Shown: positions 30,204-39,700 of the stretch, piece by piece | How positions within the stretch are numbered: the first letter of the stretch is position 1 | Layout of the letters: each line of letters opens with the position of its first letter | DNA from: Sulfurimonas sp. | Lineage (GTDB): Bacteria > Campylobacterota > Campylobacteria > Campylobacterales > Sulfurimonadaceae | DNA length: 64,000 bases | Direction of reading: 5' to 3' | Assembly: GCA_013791885.1 (NCBI GenBank) | Contig: VMSZ01000010.1 | Span: 5,869-69,868, forward strand | The notes under the pieces: generated by a model | What the model was told of the DNA's origin: nothing | Database searches by the model: none | Seen by the model: only the letters and a program-made list of their open reading frames with translations | Position numbers and translations under genes: made by a program

Positions 30204-30368
30204 TTGGCAATTATAGCAATCTTTTTATTTGGTTTAAGCGGATGCGGTTATAAAGACGCTCCATTTTATACAAAAGAGTTACCGCAAAGTGATGAAAATA
30301 TAAATTTTATCATTCAAGAAAAACCTGAATTAAAGCCTGTGAACTGTGAGCAAAAAGATGCAATATGA
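30156..30368 (+). CDS. Small lipoprotein, LptM/YifL-like (start uncertain)
   Basis: Lipobox LSG|C followed by GYKDAPFY, similar to the CGxKGPLY motif. Confidence 0.6.
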   Translation: MRFILNRVKYLRSIFHLAIIAIFLFGLSGCGYKDAPFYTKELPQSDENINFIIQEKPELKPVNCEQKDAI

Positions 30369-31806
30369 TGTAATTATAATAGGTGCAGGTGTCGCTGGTT
30401 TGTATGCAGCAAGTAAGTTGCCAAAAGATAAAAAAGTTCTTATTATTAATAAACGAGAGACTTTTAAATGCAACAGTTTTTATGCTCAGGGCGGTGTCGC
30501 GCTTGCGAGGGACACAGCAGATATTCCTTACCATATTAAAGACACTTTGGATGCAGGAGCAGGTCTTTGCAATAAAGAAGCGGTAGATATTTTAAGCAAA
30601 AGATCCAGAGAAGTAATAGACGATCTTATAAACAGCGGTTTTGAATTTGATAAAGATAAAGATGGGAATTTGCTTTATACAAAAGAAGCAGCACACTCCA
30701 CTGAAAGAATTCTTCATGCCGGAGGTGATGCAACCGGCCGCTATATGCATTTCTTTTTACTTGAGCAAAACAGACACGCTCTGCTCGCAGATGCACGGGT
30801 CGTAGATTTACTCATTAAAGATGGCGTTTGTTATGGTGTAACTGTTTTGGATCATAGAAAGTTAACGAACATTTATGCCAAAGATATTATTATCGCCAGC
30901 GGGGGAGTCGGTTCTTTGTATGAATACCATACAAATGCTCCATGTATCAGTGCAGATATGCAAGGTTTAAGTCTTATGAAAGGTATTGAACTTGAAAATA
31001 TGGAAATGATGCAATTTCATCCTACCGTATTTGTTAAAAGCGACGGTGCTCAAAAATTACTTTTAACCGAAGCTCTCAGAGGCGAAGGCGCCCACCTTGA
31101 AGATGAAGAGGGCAGAAGATTTTTGTTTGATTATGACCCAAGAGGGGAGCTTGCTTCTCGCGATATTGTGAGTAAATCTATTTATGATTATGTCAAAAAA
31201 ACAGGAACAAAAGTTTATCTCTCTTTTGATAATTTTGAGTTTGAATATTTTACGCAAAGATTTCCAAACATTTATAAAAATCTCAAAGCACTCGGCTATG
31301 ATGTTCCCTATCAAAGAGTTCCTATATCACCCGCATTTCATTATGCTATAGGCGGCATAAAAACAGATACCAAAGGAAGAGTCCCAAGTGTAAAAAATCT
31401 TTATGCTATCGGTGAAGTGGCTTCTACCGGAGTGCATGGAGCAAACAGACTTGCTTCAAACTCTCTTCTTGAAAACCTTGTTTTTGCACAAAATGCCGTA
31501 GAAGATATCTTAAGTAAAAATGATTCCAAAAAATTTGTGGAGTTTGATATTACGAATGAACTTATGAGTCATAAAGATGATAAAGAAATAAAAAACAGAT
31601 TACGTAAACTTATGTGGGAAAAAGTCTCAATTGTAAGAACCAAAAAAGGTTTAAACGAAGCATTGGAAGAAATTAATGCTCTTTTAAAAGAAAATATTGG
31701 TAAACTACTTCGATTCCGTTTATTGACAGCAAGAGAGATAGTTACTTCGGCTTTAGCCCGTGATACCTCTCTTGGTGTCCATACAATTTTAGAGGAGAAA
31801 GAATGA
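30346..31806 (+). CDS. nadB: L-aspartate oxidase
   Basis: GAGVAG FAD motif, YAQGG, EAAHS, QFHPT, EALRGEG, GVHGANRLASNSLLE. Confidence 0.93.
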   Translation: MSKKMQYDVIIIGAGVAGLYAASKLPKDKKVLIINKRETFKCNSFYAQGGVALARDTADIPYHIKDTLDAGAGLCNKEAVDILSKRSREVIDDLINSGFEFDKDKDGNLLYTKEAAHSTERILHAGGDATGRYMHFFLLEQNRHALLADARVVDLLIKDGVCYGVTVLDHRKLTNIYAKDIIIASGGVGSLYEYHTNAPCISADMQGLSLMKGIELENMEMMQFHPTVFVKSDGAQKLLLTEALRGEGAHLEDEEGRRFLFDYDPRGELASRDIVSKSIYDYVKKTGTKVYLSFDNFEFEYFTQRFPNIYKNLKALGYDVPYQRVPISPAFHYAIGGIKTDTKGRVPSVKNLYAIGEVASTGVHGANRLASNSLLENLVFAQNAVEDILSKNDSKKFVEFDITNELMSHKDDKEIKNRLRKLMWEKVSIVRTKKGLNEALEEINALLKENIGKLLRFRLLTAREIVTSALARDTSLGVHTILEEKE

Positions 31807-33134
31807 CAGAAGCACAGGGGCTCGGAGCTCATGCAGTAGATTTGGCAGTAGAGCCATTTGGTTGGTTTTTATTTATAGTATTCGTAATCGGTTACTATTT
31901 TATTGCAGCAGAGGAAAAGTATCATATTAACAAAGCAAAACCGGCACTTTTTACCGGTACGTTTATGTTTATGCTTCTTGGTGGATACTATGCGTTTAAC
32001 GGATTGGATTTTAGTGCGTTTGACAATGAAATAGCACATCTTATTTTGGAGATTGCAGAAATTTTCTTCTTCTTATTTGTCGCCATGACGTTTATCGAGG
32101 CACTTATTGAAAGAAATGTTTTTGATGCCTTAAAAGAGAAGCTTTTAGGTGCCGGGTATGATTACAAAAAACTTTTTTGGGTTACCGGTCTCTTGGCCTT
32201 CTTCATCTCTCCGGTAGCGGACAACTTAACAACCGCGCTTATTCTGTCTACTGTTTTAGTAACGATTGAGAAAAATAATAAGGCTTTCTTGGTTCCTGCG
32301 GCACTGAGTATTGTTGTTGCGGCTAATGCAGGTGGTGCTTGGTCTCCATTTGGTGATATTACAACTTTGATGGCATGGTCTGCTGGAAAAGGTAACTTTA
32401 CAGACTTCTTATTTCTCTTCCCTGCATCTATTTTGGGCTGGATGGTGACAGCGTTCTTGCTAAGCCGTTTTGTACCTGAAGGAAAACCTGCAAAAGTTGA
32501 AAACGTAGAACCCGTACATATTCATAAAGGTGGTAAAGTCATCATCGCTCTTGGTGTATTTACAATTCTTGCGGCTGTTTTAGGGAAACAAATAATGCAT
32601 TTACCTCCAATGTGGGGAATGCTTTTTGGTCTTTCACTCTTGAAGCTGTATGCATACACACTCAAAAAGCAACATGATCACGATATTCAGATATATAAAT
32701 CTGTATCAAAAATAGAAAATGATACGCTTCTTTTCTTCTTTGGTATCTTGGCAGCTGTTGGTGCATTGCATTTTGCAGGGTTTTTAACTCATGCGGTAAA
32801 ACTTTATGAGATGTTTGATCCTACTTATGTTAATATCGGAGTCGGTTTCCTATCAGCTGTAGTAGATAACGTTCCGGTTATGTCGGCTGTTTTAAAATCT
32901 AATCCCAATATAGAGCTTTCTCAGTGGATGCTTGTTACTCTTACAGCTGGTGTAGGCGGTTCACTTATCGCTTTTGGTTCAGCAGCAGGTGTCGGTGTTA
33001 TGGGTAAACTTAAAGGTATTTATACCTTTGCTGCCCACATGAAACTTGCTTGGACTGTTCTTATAGGTTACTTTGTTTCCGTTGCAGTCTGGTATGTTCA
33101 GTTTGAAATGCTTGGTCTTTATATAAAACATTAA
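31803..33134 (+). CDS. nhaD: Na+/H+ antiporter NhaD
   Basis: SPVADNLTTA, ANAGGAWSPFGDITT, VDNVP, GSAAGV. Confidence 0.92.
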   Translation: MTEAQGLGAHAVDLAVEPFGWFLFIVFVIGYYFIAAEEKYHINKAKPALFTGTFMFMLLGGYYAFNGLDFSAFDNEIAHLILEIAEIFFFLFVAMTFIEALIERNVFDALKEKLLGAGYDYKKLFWVTGLLAFFISPVADNLTTALILSTVLVTIEKNNKAFLVPAALSIVVAANAGGAWSPFGDITTLMAWSAGKGNFTDFLFLFPASILGWMVTAFLLSRFVPEGKPAKVENVEPVHIHKGGKVIIALGVFTILAAVLGKQIMHLPPMWGMLFGLSLLKLYAYTLKKQHDHDIQIYKSVSKIENDTLLFFFGILAAVGALHFAGFLTHAVKLYEMFDPTYVNIGVGFLSAVVDNVPVMSAVLKSNPNIELSQWMLVTLTAGVGGSLIAFGSAAGVGVMGKLKGIYTFAAHMKLAWTVLIGYFVSVAVWYVQFEMLGLYIKH

Positions 33135-33143
33135 TCTAACTTA

Positions 33144-33174
33144 TTGTATCCTTTCATATCTTGAAAGGGTGCAA
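33144..33174 (+). terminator. Hairpin downstream of nhaD
   Basis: ttgtatcctttca/tgaaagggtgcaa stem; no clear U-tract. Confidence 0.45.
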
Positions 33175-33230
33175 ACCCCTCAAAAAGCCTCTTTAGGCAC
33201 TTCAAATCACTTTTTATTAAAGGCATTTTT

Positions 33231-34781
33231 ATGACAAATGTTAGCATTATTGTTCTAGACTTTGGTTCTCAGTATACGCAACTTATTGCCCGCAGACTTC
33301 GCGAAGATAAAATCTATTGTGAAATTCTTCCTTATCACACACCAGTTGCAGATATACAAGCAAAAAATCCTAAAGGTGTTATCCTTAGCGGCGGACCATC
33401 TTCTGTTTATAACAAAGATGCTTATGAGGTAGACCAAGGTGTTTACACTATGGGAATTCCTGTTCTTGGTATTTGTTACGGTATGCAAAGAATTGCTGTG
33501 GATTTTGGCGGAAGTGTTGTGCGTTCAGACCATCATGAGTACGGAAAAGCAGAACTTACAGTTCTAAACGCAGGAGAGAATTGTTCTCCGCTTTTAAAGG
33601 ATTGTGATGATGGGCGTGTTGTATGGATGAGCCATAGTGACAGAGTTGATACTCTTCCAGAAGGCTTCACTCCAATAGCTGTCTCAGACAATTCTCCCTA
33701 TGCAGCAATTGCAAATGAAGAAAAGCGTGTTTATGCAATGCAATACCATCCAGAAGTTCAGCACTCAGAAGAGGGTTATTTGATGCTTAGAAACTTTGCA
33801 AAAAATATTTGTGGAGTAACTGAGAAGTGGAAAATGGAACACTTTTTAAAAGAGCAAATTAAAATGATTCGTGAAAAAGTAGGTACGGGAAAAGTTCTCT
33901 GTGGTCTAAGCGGAGGAGTAGACAGCTCTGTAGTTGCAGCTCTGCTTTATGAAGCAATCGGTGATCAGCTTATTCCTGTTTTTGTAGATAACGGTCTTTT
34001 AAGAAAAGGAGAGAGAGAACAGGTTGAAGAAGTTTTCAAAATCAACCTTAAAGTGCCTTTGGTAACAGTTGATGCAGTTGAAAACTTTTTAGGAAAACTT
34101 GCCGGCGTTTCTGATCCTGAAACGAAAAGAAAAATTATTGGGCATACATTTATAGAAGAGTTTGAAAAAGAAGCTAAAAAACATGACGGAATTAAGTTCT
34201 TGGCTCAGGGGACTCTTTATCCTGACGTTATAGAATCTATCTCAGTGAACGGTCCTTCTGAAGTTATTAAATCCCACCACAATGTTGGAGGATTGCCAGA
34301 CTGGATGGATTTTGAGTTAATTGAGCCGCTTCGTGAGCTTTTCAAAGATGAAGTGCGTAAAATTGGTTTAGAGCTCGGTCTTCCGGCATCAATGATTAAT
34401 CGTCATCCATTCCCTGGACCGGGTCTAGCAATTCGTATTATGGGCGATGTTAATAAGCCTGATTTAGCTATTTTACGTGAAGCAGATGTTATTTTACTCG
34501 ATGAGTTAAAAGCAAGCGGTTACTATGCTAAAACTTGGCAAGCATTTGCTGTTTTACTCAATGTAAAATCAGTGGGTGTTATGGGTGACAACCGTACATA
34601 CGACAACACTGTATGTGTAAGAGTTGTAGAAGCTGTTGATGGTATGACAGCGACGTTTGCACACTTGCCGCATACTCTTTTAGAAAGAATTTCTAGAAGA
34701 ATTATCAACGAAGTTGATGGAATTAACCGCGTTGTTTATGACATCAGTTCTAAGCCGCCGGCAACCATTGAATGGGAGTAG
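33231..34781 (+). CDS. guaA: GMP synthase (glutamine-hydrolysing)
   Basis: [36 protein letters not shown]. Confidence 0.98.
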   Translation: MTNVSIIVLDFGSQYTQLIARRLREDKIYCEILPYHTPVADIQAKNPKGVILSGGPSSVYNKDAYEVDQGVYTMGIPVLGICYGMQRIAVDFGGSVVRSDHHEYGKAELTVLNAGENCSPLLKDCDDGRVVWMSHSDRVDTLPEGFTPIAVSDNSPYAAIANEEKRVYAMQYHPEVQHSEEGYLMLRNFAKNICGVTEKWKMEHFLKEQIKMIREKVGTGKVLCGLSGGVDSSVVAALLYEAIGDQLIPVFVDNGLLRKGEREQVEEVFKINLKVPLVTVDAVENFLGKLAGVSDPETKRKIIGHTFIEEFEKEAKKHDGIKFLAQGTLYPDVIESISVNGPSEVIKSHHNVGGLPDWMDFELIEPLRELFKDEVRKIGLELGLPASMINRHPFPGPGLAIRIMGDVNKPDLAILREADVILLDELKASGYYAKTWQAFAVLLNVKSVGVMGDNRTYDNTVCVRVVEAVDGMTATFAHLPHTLLERISRRIINEVDGINRVVYDISSKPPATIEWE

Positions 34782-34962
34782 AGATTTTTCTCTACACTCA
34801 AACACAGCCCCTCTATTCTTCTTTTTCATACAATCATAAATTTTATAACCAGGTCCTGAGTTTTGCAGCGATTGTATTCTAATGAATTTAACTCCGTATT
34901 AATAAATGTTTCATTACTATGTTAAATAAATACAAATATATTTTAATAATTTTAGGAAATAA

Positions 34963-37635
34963 ATGAAAAAAATTCACATATTGTTGCTGCTGTTTTTTAT
35001 TATAGGCAGTCTCGATGCATCGTATCTGCGGACAATTAGGGTAGGTTCTTTTTTGAGTGAGGGTGAGGCGAAGGAAGCTCTAGTTTCACTTGAAGAGTTT
35101 ATGGTTGCGCAGGAAAATGTAGTTAAATTACAAAAAGAACATAGATTTGAATATAGATATAGAAAATCCGGAGACTATTATATTACCCTTGTAGAACCGC
35201 TTACACAAAGAGAAGTTCTTCAAGAAGTTTTGGATACTTTAAGAAAAAACTATCCTGATGTTTATGTTACCAAGTTATCTTTAGACGAAGAAAAAAAATA
35301 TTTGGCGGAAACTGCAAAAAGTATTAAAACAGAAAAAACAGTTAAAAATGAAAAACCAGTAGTTGTTCAAAATGAAACTCTCAAAACGCAAGAGCAATTA
35401 GAAAATATTATAGAAAAGAAAAAAGTTGAGCATATGCCAGCAGATGCTGTAGAAGAGAATATATCTGAGGATACTAAGAATGTCTCTGCTAAAGAAGTTC
35501 TTTTTGAGCACTCAGATGCAGCTCAAGAGGATTTGAATCCAAGCTTTTGGACATCCGAATATATATTGGAAATACTTTTTATAGTTTCATTTTTAATTAA
35601 TATTTTGTTTTTTAGATTTTTATTTGTCTATAAAAGGGAACTTGAGTCTTTCACAACCCAAGAGATGATATATGAGGCAAAGATAGATAAACATAAACTT
35701 GAAATTCAAAATAAAGAAAAGCTTATTTATCAGGTTTCTCATGAACTCAGAACACCTATGACAGCAATAATGGGACTTTCTCACATTATTTTAAATACAG
35801 AGTTAAATAAATCTCAAAGAGATAATTTGAAAAGAATCGAGAGTTCAGCTGAGTATCTTCTTAGTATTTTAAATGATATTTTGGATATGTCAAAAATTCA
35901 AGCAGGTGAACTTAGGTTAGAAAATTTAGAGTTTAATATCAATGGTGTATTGGATAATGCGTTTAATACGATTGCCCTAGATGCAAAAAATAAAAAAATA
36001 GATATATCTATGAATATCGATAAAAATGTACCTTCACATATTATCGGTGATTCGCTGCGTTTAAGACAAATTTTAATAAATCTACTGGGTAATGGTGTTA
36101 AATTTACAAAAAAAGGAGGCGTCAGCCTCAAGATTAAAAAGGTATCAGAGAGTTTCAACAGTGTAAAACTTGAGTTTATTGTTGCTGATACTGGAATTGG
36201 TATGACTTCTTCTCAAATCGAGAATTTATTTAAATCATTTACACAAGCGGATATTTCGATAAGTCGAGAGTACGGCGGCACCGGCTTGGGACTTGCAATT
36301 TCAAAACAGCTTATTGACATGATGCACGGAGATATCAGGGTAGAGAGTAAAAAAGACAGCGGAACAAGTTTTATCTTTACTCTTGCCTTTAGTATAAAAG
36401 ATCCCAATAACAAACGTCAATACAGACTGCCATCAGCTAATTTAATGAAGAAAAGAGTTCTCTTGATTGAACCAGAAAATGAGAGAGCGATTACCATCAA
36501 AAACATGCTTGCTTATTTTCAATACAATACACATATTATTCCTTCTTTTGAAAAATCAGTAATGGACACAAGCATTGTTTTTGACATTGTTATTATTAAC
36601 GAGCTAAGTCTCAACAGATATGCAGTGGACAAAATTGAAGAATTGAGAAAGAAACATAATGTTAAAACAGTGCTTTTAACCGAACTTCATAGTGAAATGA
36701 ATAACAGTCTTATTAAAGATATTGAAATAGATAGCTATCTTCAAAGGCCTTTCAATCAGCAATCTATACTTAATATGATTGTTGATTTATATGGTATAAA
36801 AAATTTAGATGCTTTAAGCAAGAAAGCAATGGACAAAAATATTTTAAAAGTTGTCTCAGGTAAAAAAATATTAGTCGCTGAAGATAATAAAATAAATCAG
36901 AAAGTTATTGCCGGTTTACTCTTAGACACAGGGATAGAACTCTTTTTTGTTGATAACGGACAAGAAGCAGTAGAATTTTTAAAGCAGGATGCTTTGATAG
37001 ATTTGATTCTGATGGACATTAATATGCCGATTATGAATGGACATGAAGCAAGTAAAGAGATTAGAAAAAATATACAATATAATACGATTCCTATAATTGC
37101 GCTAACGGCAGATGTGATGGAAAAAGCTATTCAAGATGCGATGCTTTCTGGTATGCAAGGACACATATCCAAACCAATCATTGTAGATATTTTTTATAAA
37201 AAACTTCTTGACGTTTTAAACCAAGATCTCAAAAAAAACAAAGCTGTAGATGCAAAAAGTGTGAGTTTTATGCCAGAGAGCAAAAATGAATTTGAAGAGC
37301 TTTCGATATCTATTGGACTGGAGAGATGCAATAATGATAAAGATTTTTATAAATCATTGTTGGAAGAGTTTAAAAAGATGTATAAAAACTCTCCGGAACT
37401 TTTAAATTTGATGTACGTCGATGGTAATTTTCAAGAAGCCAGACGTATTGCAATGGACATCAAAGATGTTGCCTTAAATATAGGAGCATATAATCTTTGT
37501 GAAAGTGCTGCAGCTTTGGAATATGAGTTTGAAAAGGGTGCGCGAGGCAATGGGGATAAGCTTATTGACTTTTATGCAGATAATCTTGCAAAGCTATTTA
37601 AAGATATTGATAAATATATAGAAAAGTTTTGTTGA
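34963..37635 (+). CDS. Hybrid sensor kinase: signal peptide, SPOR-like domain, TM, HisKA/HATPase, pseudo-REC, REC, degenerate HPt
   Basis: IRVGSF..EA SPOR-like start; SHELRTPM; DTGIG; GGTGLGL; LMDINMP; AMDIKDVALNIGA. Confidence 0.82.
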   Translation: MKKIHILLLLFFIIGSLDASYLRTIRVGSFLSEGEAKEALVSLEEFMVAQENVVKLQKEHRFEYRYRKSGDYYITLVEPLTQREVLQEVLDTLRKNYPDVYVTKLSLDEEKKYLAETAKSIKTEKTVKNEKPVVVQNETLKTQEQLENIIEKKKVEHMPADAVEENISEDTKNVSAKEVLFEHSDAAQEDLNPSFWTSEYILEILFIVSFLINILFFRFLFVYKRELESFTTQEMIYEAKIDKHKLEIQNKEKLIYQVSHELRTPMTAIMGLSHIILNTELNKSQRDNLKRIESSAEYLLSILNDILDMSKIQAGELRLENLEFNINGVLDNAFNTIALDAKNKKIDISMNIDKNVPSHIIGDSLRLRQILINLLGNGVKFTKKGGVSLKIKKVSESFNSVKLEFIVADTGIGMTSSQIENLFKSFTQADISISREYGGTGLGLAISKQLIDMMHGDIRVESKKDSGTSFIFTLAFSIKDPNNKRQYRLPSANLMKKRVLLIEPENERAITIKNMLAYFQYNTHIIPSFEKSVMDTSIVFDIVIINELSLNRYAVDKIEELRKKHNVKTVLLTELHSEMNNSLIKDIEIDSYLQRPFNQQSILNMIVDLYGIKNLDALSKKAMDKNILKVVSGKKILVAEDNKINQKVIAGLLLDTGIELFFVDNGQEAVEFLKQDALIDLILMDINMPIMNGHEASKEIRKNIQYNTIPIIALTADVMEKAIQDAMLSGMQGHISKPIIVDIFYKKLLDVLNQDLKKNKAVDAKSVSFMPESKNEFEELSISIGLERCNNDKDFYKSLLEEFKKMYKNSPELLNLMYVDGNFQEARRIAMDIKDVALNIGAYNLCESAAALEYEFEKGARGNGDKLIDFYADNLAKLFKDIDKYIEKFC

Positions 37636-37713
37636 TGCTTTTTGCTTAAAGAATAGTCTCATATAAACACCAAGCTAAAATTAAATCAAGTATCTATTTT
37701 GTATAATAACATC

Positions 37714-37914
37714 AGCAATCTAGGTAGTTCGAGACATCGTATATATGAGGGTTCTACATATACAAACAGCGAACAAGTAGAACTTTTTGTGTGCCGGTAC
37801 TTTCGTTTGAGATACGTTTACTCTGTCGAGAAAATGCCGCCGTTAAAAAGTCTCGCTTCGCCCAATTACGGCTTTTAGAACCAAGCCAATTATGAGACGG
37901 CTATCTGGATTGCT
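37714..37914 (+). ncRNA. ssrS: 6S RNA
   Basis: About 200 nt with no ORF; 5' agcaatctaggtag pairs with 3' ctatctggattgct; TATAAT at 37702-37707; lies upstream of purD as in Helicobacter and Campylobacter. Confidence 0.8.
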
Positions 37915-37916
37915 TG

Positions 37917-37963
37917 AAGCATTTAGTTGTTGTATTGTAAATACTGCAATTAAGTGCTTTTTT
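37917..37963 (+). terminator. Intrinsic terminator after the 6S RNA
   Basis: aagcatttagttgttgtatt/aatactgcaattaagtgctt stem followed by a T run. Confidence 0.7.
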
Positions 37964-37980
37964 AATTTTATGGAGAAAAA

Positions 37981-39249
37981 ATGAAAATATTAATTTTAGG
38001 CAACGGTGGAAGAGAATTTTCTATTGCCCGTGCAATTTTAAACGAACAAGAGAATCATGAACTATTTTTTCAACCGGGAAATGGAGCAACACATACTTTA
38101 GGTACTAATCTCAATATTAAAGATTACAACGAATTAGCTGCGTTTGCCAAAGAAAACGCGATAGAGCTTACAATCGTAGGTCCAGAAGCTCCTCTTGTAG
38201 ATGGTGTTGTAGATATCTTTAAATCTCATGGGCTTACAATTTTTGGTCCGAGTAAAGAGGCCGCTCAGCTTGAGGGTTCAAAAGTTTATATGAAAAACTT
38301 TTTGGCAAAATATAATATTCCTACAGCACGTTATATAGAAACTGCTTCAATAGAAGATGCATTTAAATTCACAAATACACTGACAGCTCCGATAGTAGTC
38401 AAAGCAGATGGCCTATGTGGAGGCAAAGGTGTGATTATCGCACAAAGTCATGATGAGGCCAAGGTGGCCATATCTGAAATGCTAAGCGGTAAAAGTTTCG
38501 GTGATGCGGGACTTAAAGTAATTGTGGAAGAATTTTTGGACGGTTATGAGCTTTCTATGTTCGCTGTTTGTGATGGAAAAGACTACATCCTGCTTCCAGC
38601 AGCACAAGATCATAAACGCCTTCTTGATAATGATCAAGGGCCAAACACTGGCGGTATGGGTGCGTATGCTCCGACACCACTTGTAGATGAAGTACTGTAT
38701 CAAAAAGTAAGAGACAGGGTAATTCGTCCAACTTTAGACGGTATGCAAAAAGAGGGTGCTCCTTTTGAAGGTGTTCTTTTTATCGGGATTATGGTCGTAA
38801 ATGGCGAGCCGATTACACTCGAATTTAATGTGCGTTTTGGAGACCCTGAATGTGAAATACTCATGCCGCTGATGACTTCGTCCGTAAGCGATATGTTTTA
38901 TAAAGCAGCAACAAATAGACTTGCTGAAATTAAAGTAGAATTTTCATCACAATATGCTGTTGGTGTTGTAATGGCGAGTGGGAATTATCCATACGGGAAT
39001 TCAACTCCTGCTGAAATCATAGTTGATGACGTACACCATGAAGAGATTGAGAAATATACTCATATCTCTTATGCCGGTGTGAGCATGGAAGACGGTGTCT
39101 TATATGCAGACGGCGGACGCGTTTTAGTTTGTGTCGGCTTAGGAGATACAATAAAACAAGCAAGAGACAGAGCATATTTGCGTTGCGGACAAGTACACTT
39201 CGCAGGTAAAAAACTTCGTACAGACATTGCTTACCAGGCTCTTGCATAG
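37981..39249 (+). CDS. purD: Phosphoribosylamine-glycine ligase
   Basis: [43 protein letters not shown]. Confidence 0.97.
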   Translation: MKILILGNGGREFSIARAILNEQENHELFFQPGNGATHTLGTNLNIKDYNELAAFAKENAIELTIVGPEAPLVDGVVDIFKSHGLTIFGPSKEAAQLEGSKVYMKNFLAKYNIPTARYIETASIEDAFKFTNTLTAPIVVKADGLCGGKGVIIAQSHDEAKVAISEMLSGKSFGDAGLKVIVEEFLDGYELSMFAVCDGKDYILLPAAQDHKRLLDNDQGPNTGGMGAYAPTPLVDEVLYQKVRDRVIRPTLDGMQKEGAPFEGVLFIGIMVVNGEPITLEFNVRFGDPECEILMPLMTSSVSDMFYKAATNRLAEIKVEFSSQYAVGVVMASGNYPYGNSTPAEIIVDDVHHEEIEKYTHISYAGVSMEDGVLYADGGRVLVCVGLGDTIKQARDRAYLRCGQVHFAGKKLRTDIAYQALA

Positions 39250-39250
39250 A

Positions 39251-39700
39251 ATGAACGAAGAAATAGAAGATATTCTTTTTAGAGAAGACTTAAAATTAGC
39301 AGATATTAAGAAAAGAGCTATGGCATTTTTTATTGATGAGATGCTGCTTTCATTTTTGCTGATAATTGCTTTATGGGATACCTTCTCCACTGCTACAAAT
39401 GTAGAAGAGATGATTAACGTAACCAATATGTTTTTTTTGGAATACATGTTTATGAAAATAGCTTATCAGGGATTTTTTATTATGCATTACGGTGCATCCC
39501 TTGGAAAAATGGCTATGAAAATACGGGTTATTGAAATAAAAACACTGGATAATCCAAGTGTTGTAAGTTCACTCAACCGTGCGATATTCCGGGTGATTAG
39601 TGAGATGATTTTTTATCTTGGTTTTTTATGGGGAATACTCGACCCGGCACGCCAAACATGGCATGACAAAACTGCCAGAACTTTGGTTGTAAATGTATAA
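39251..39700 (+). CDS. RDD family membrane protein
   Basis: KRAMAFFID, GASLGK, RQTWHDK; start moved to ATG 39251. Confidence 0.85.
   Translation: MNEEIEDILFREDLKLADIKKRAMAFFIDEMLLSFLLIIALWDTFSTATNVEEMINVTNMFFLEYMFMKIAYQGFFIMHYGASLGKMAMKIRVIEIKTLDNPSVVSSLNRAIFRVISEMIFYLGFLWGILDPARQTWHDKTARTLVVNV

Noticed and set aside
33135..33230. Purine riboswitch upstream of guaA
   Set aside because: Only a terminator-like hairpin; no three-way junction consensus
34750..34962. Integrative element at the guaA 3' end
   Set aside because: No integrase follows and no duplicated guaA 3' end was seen in the window
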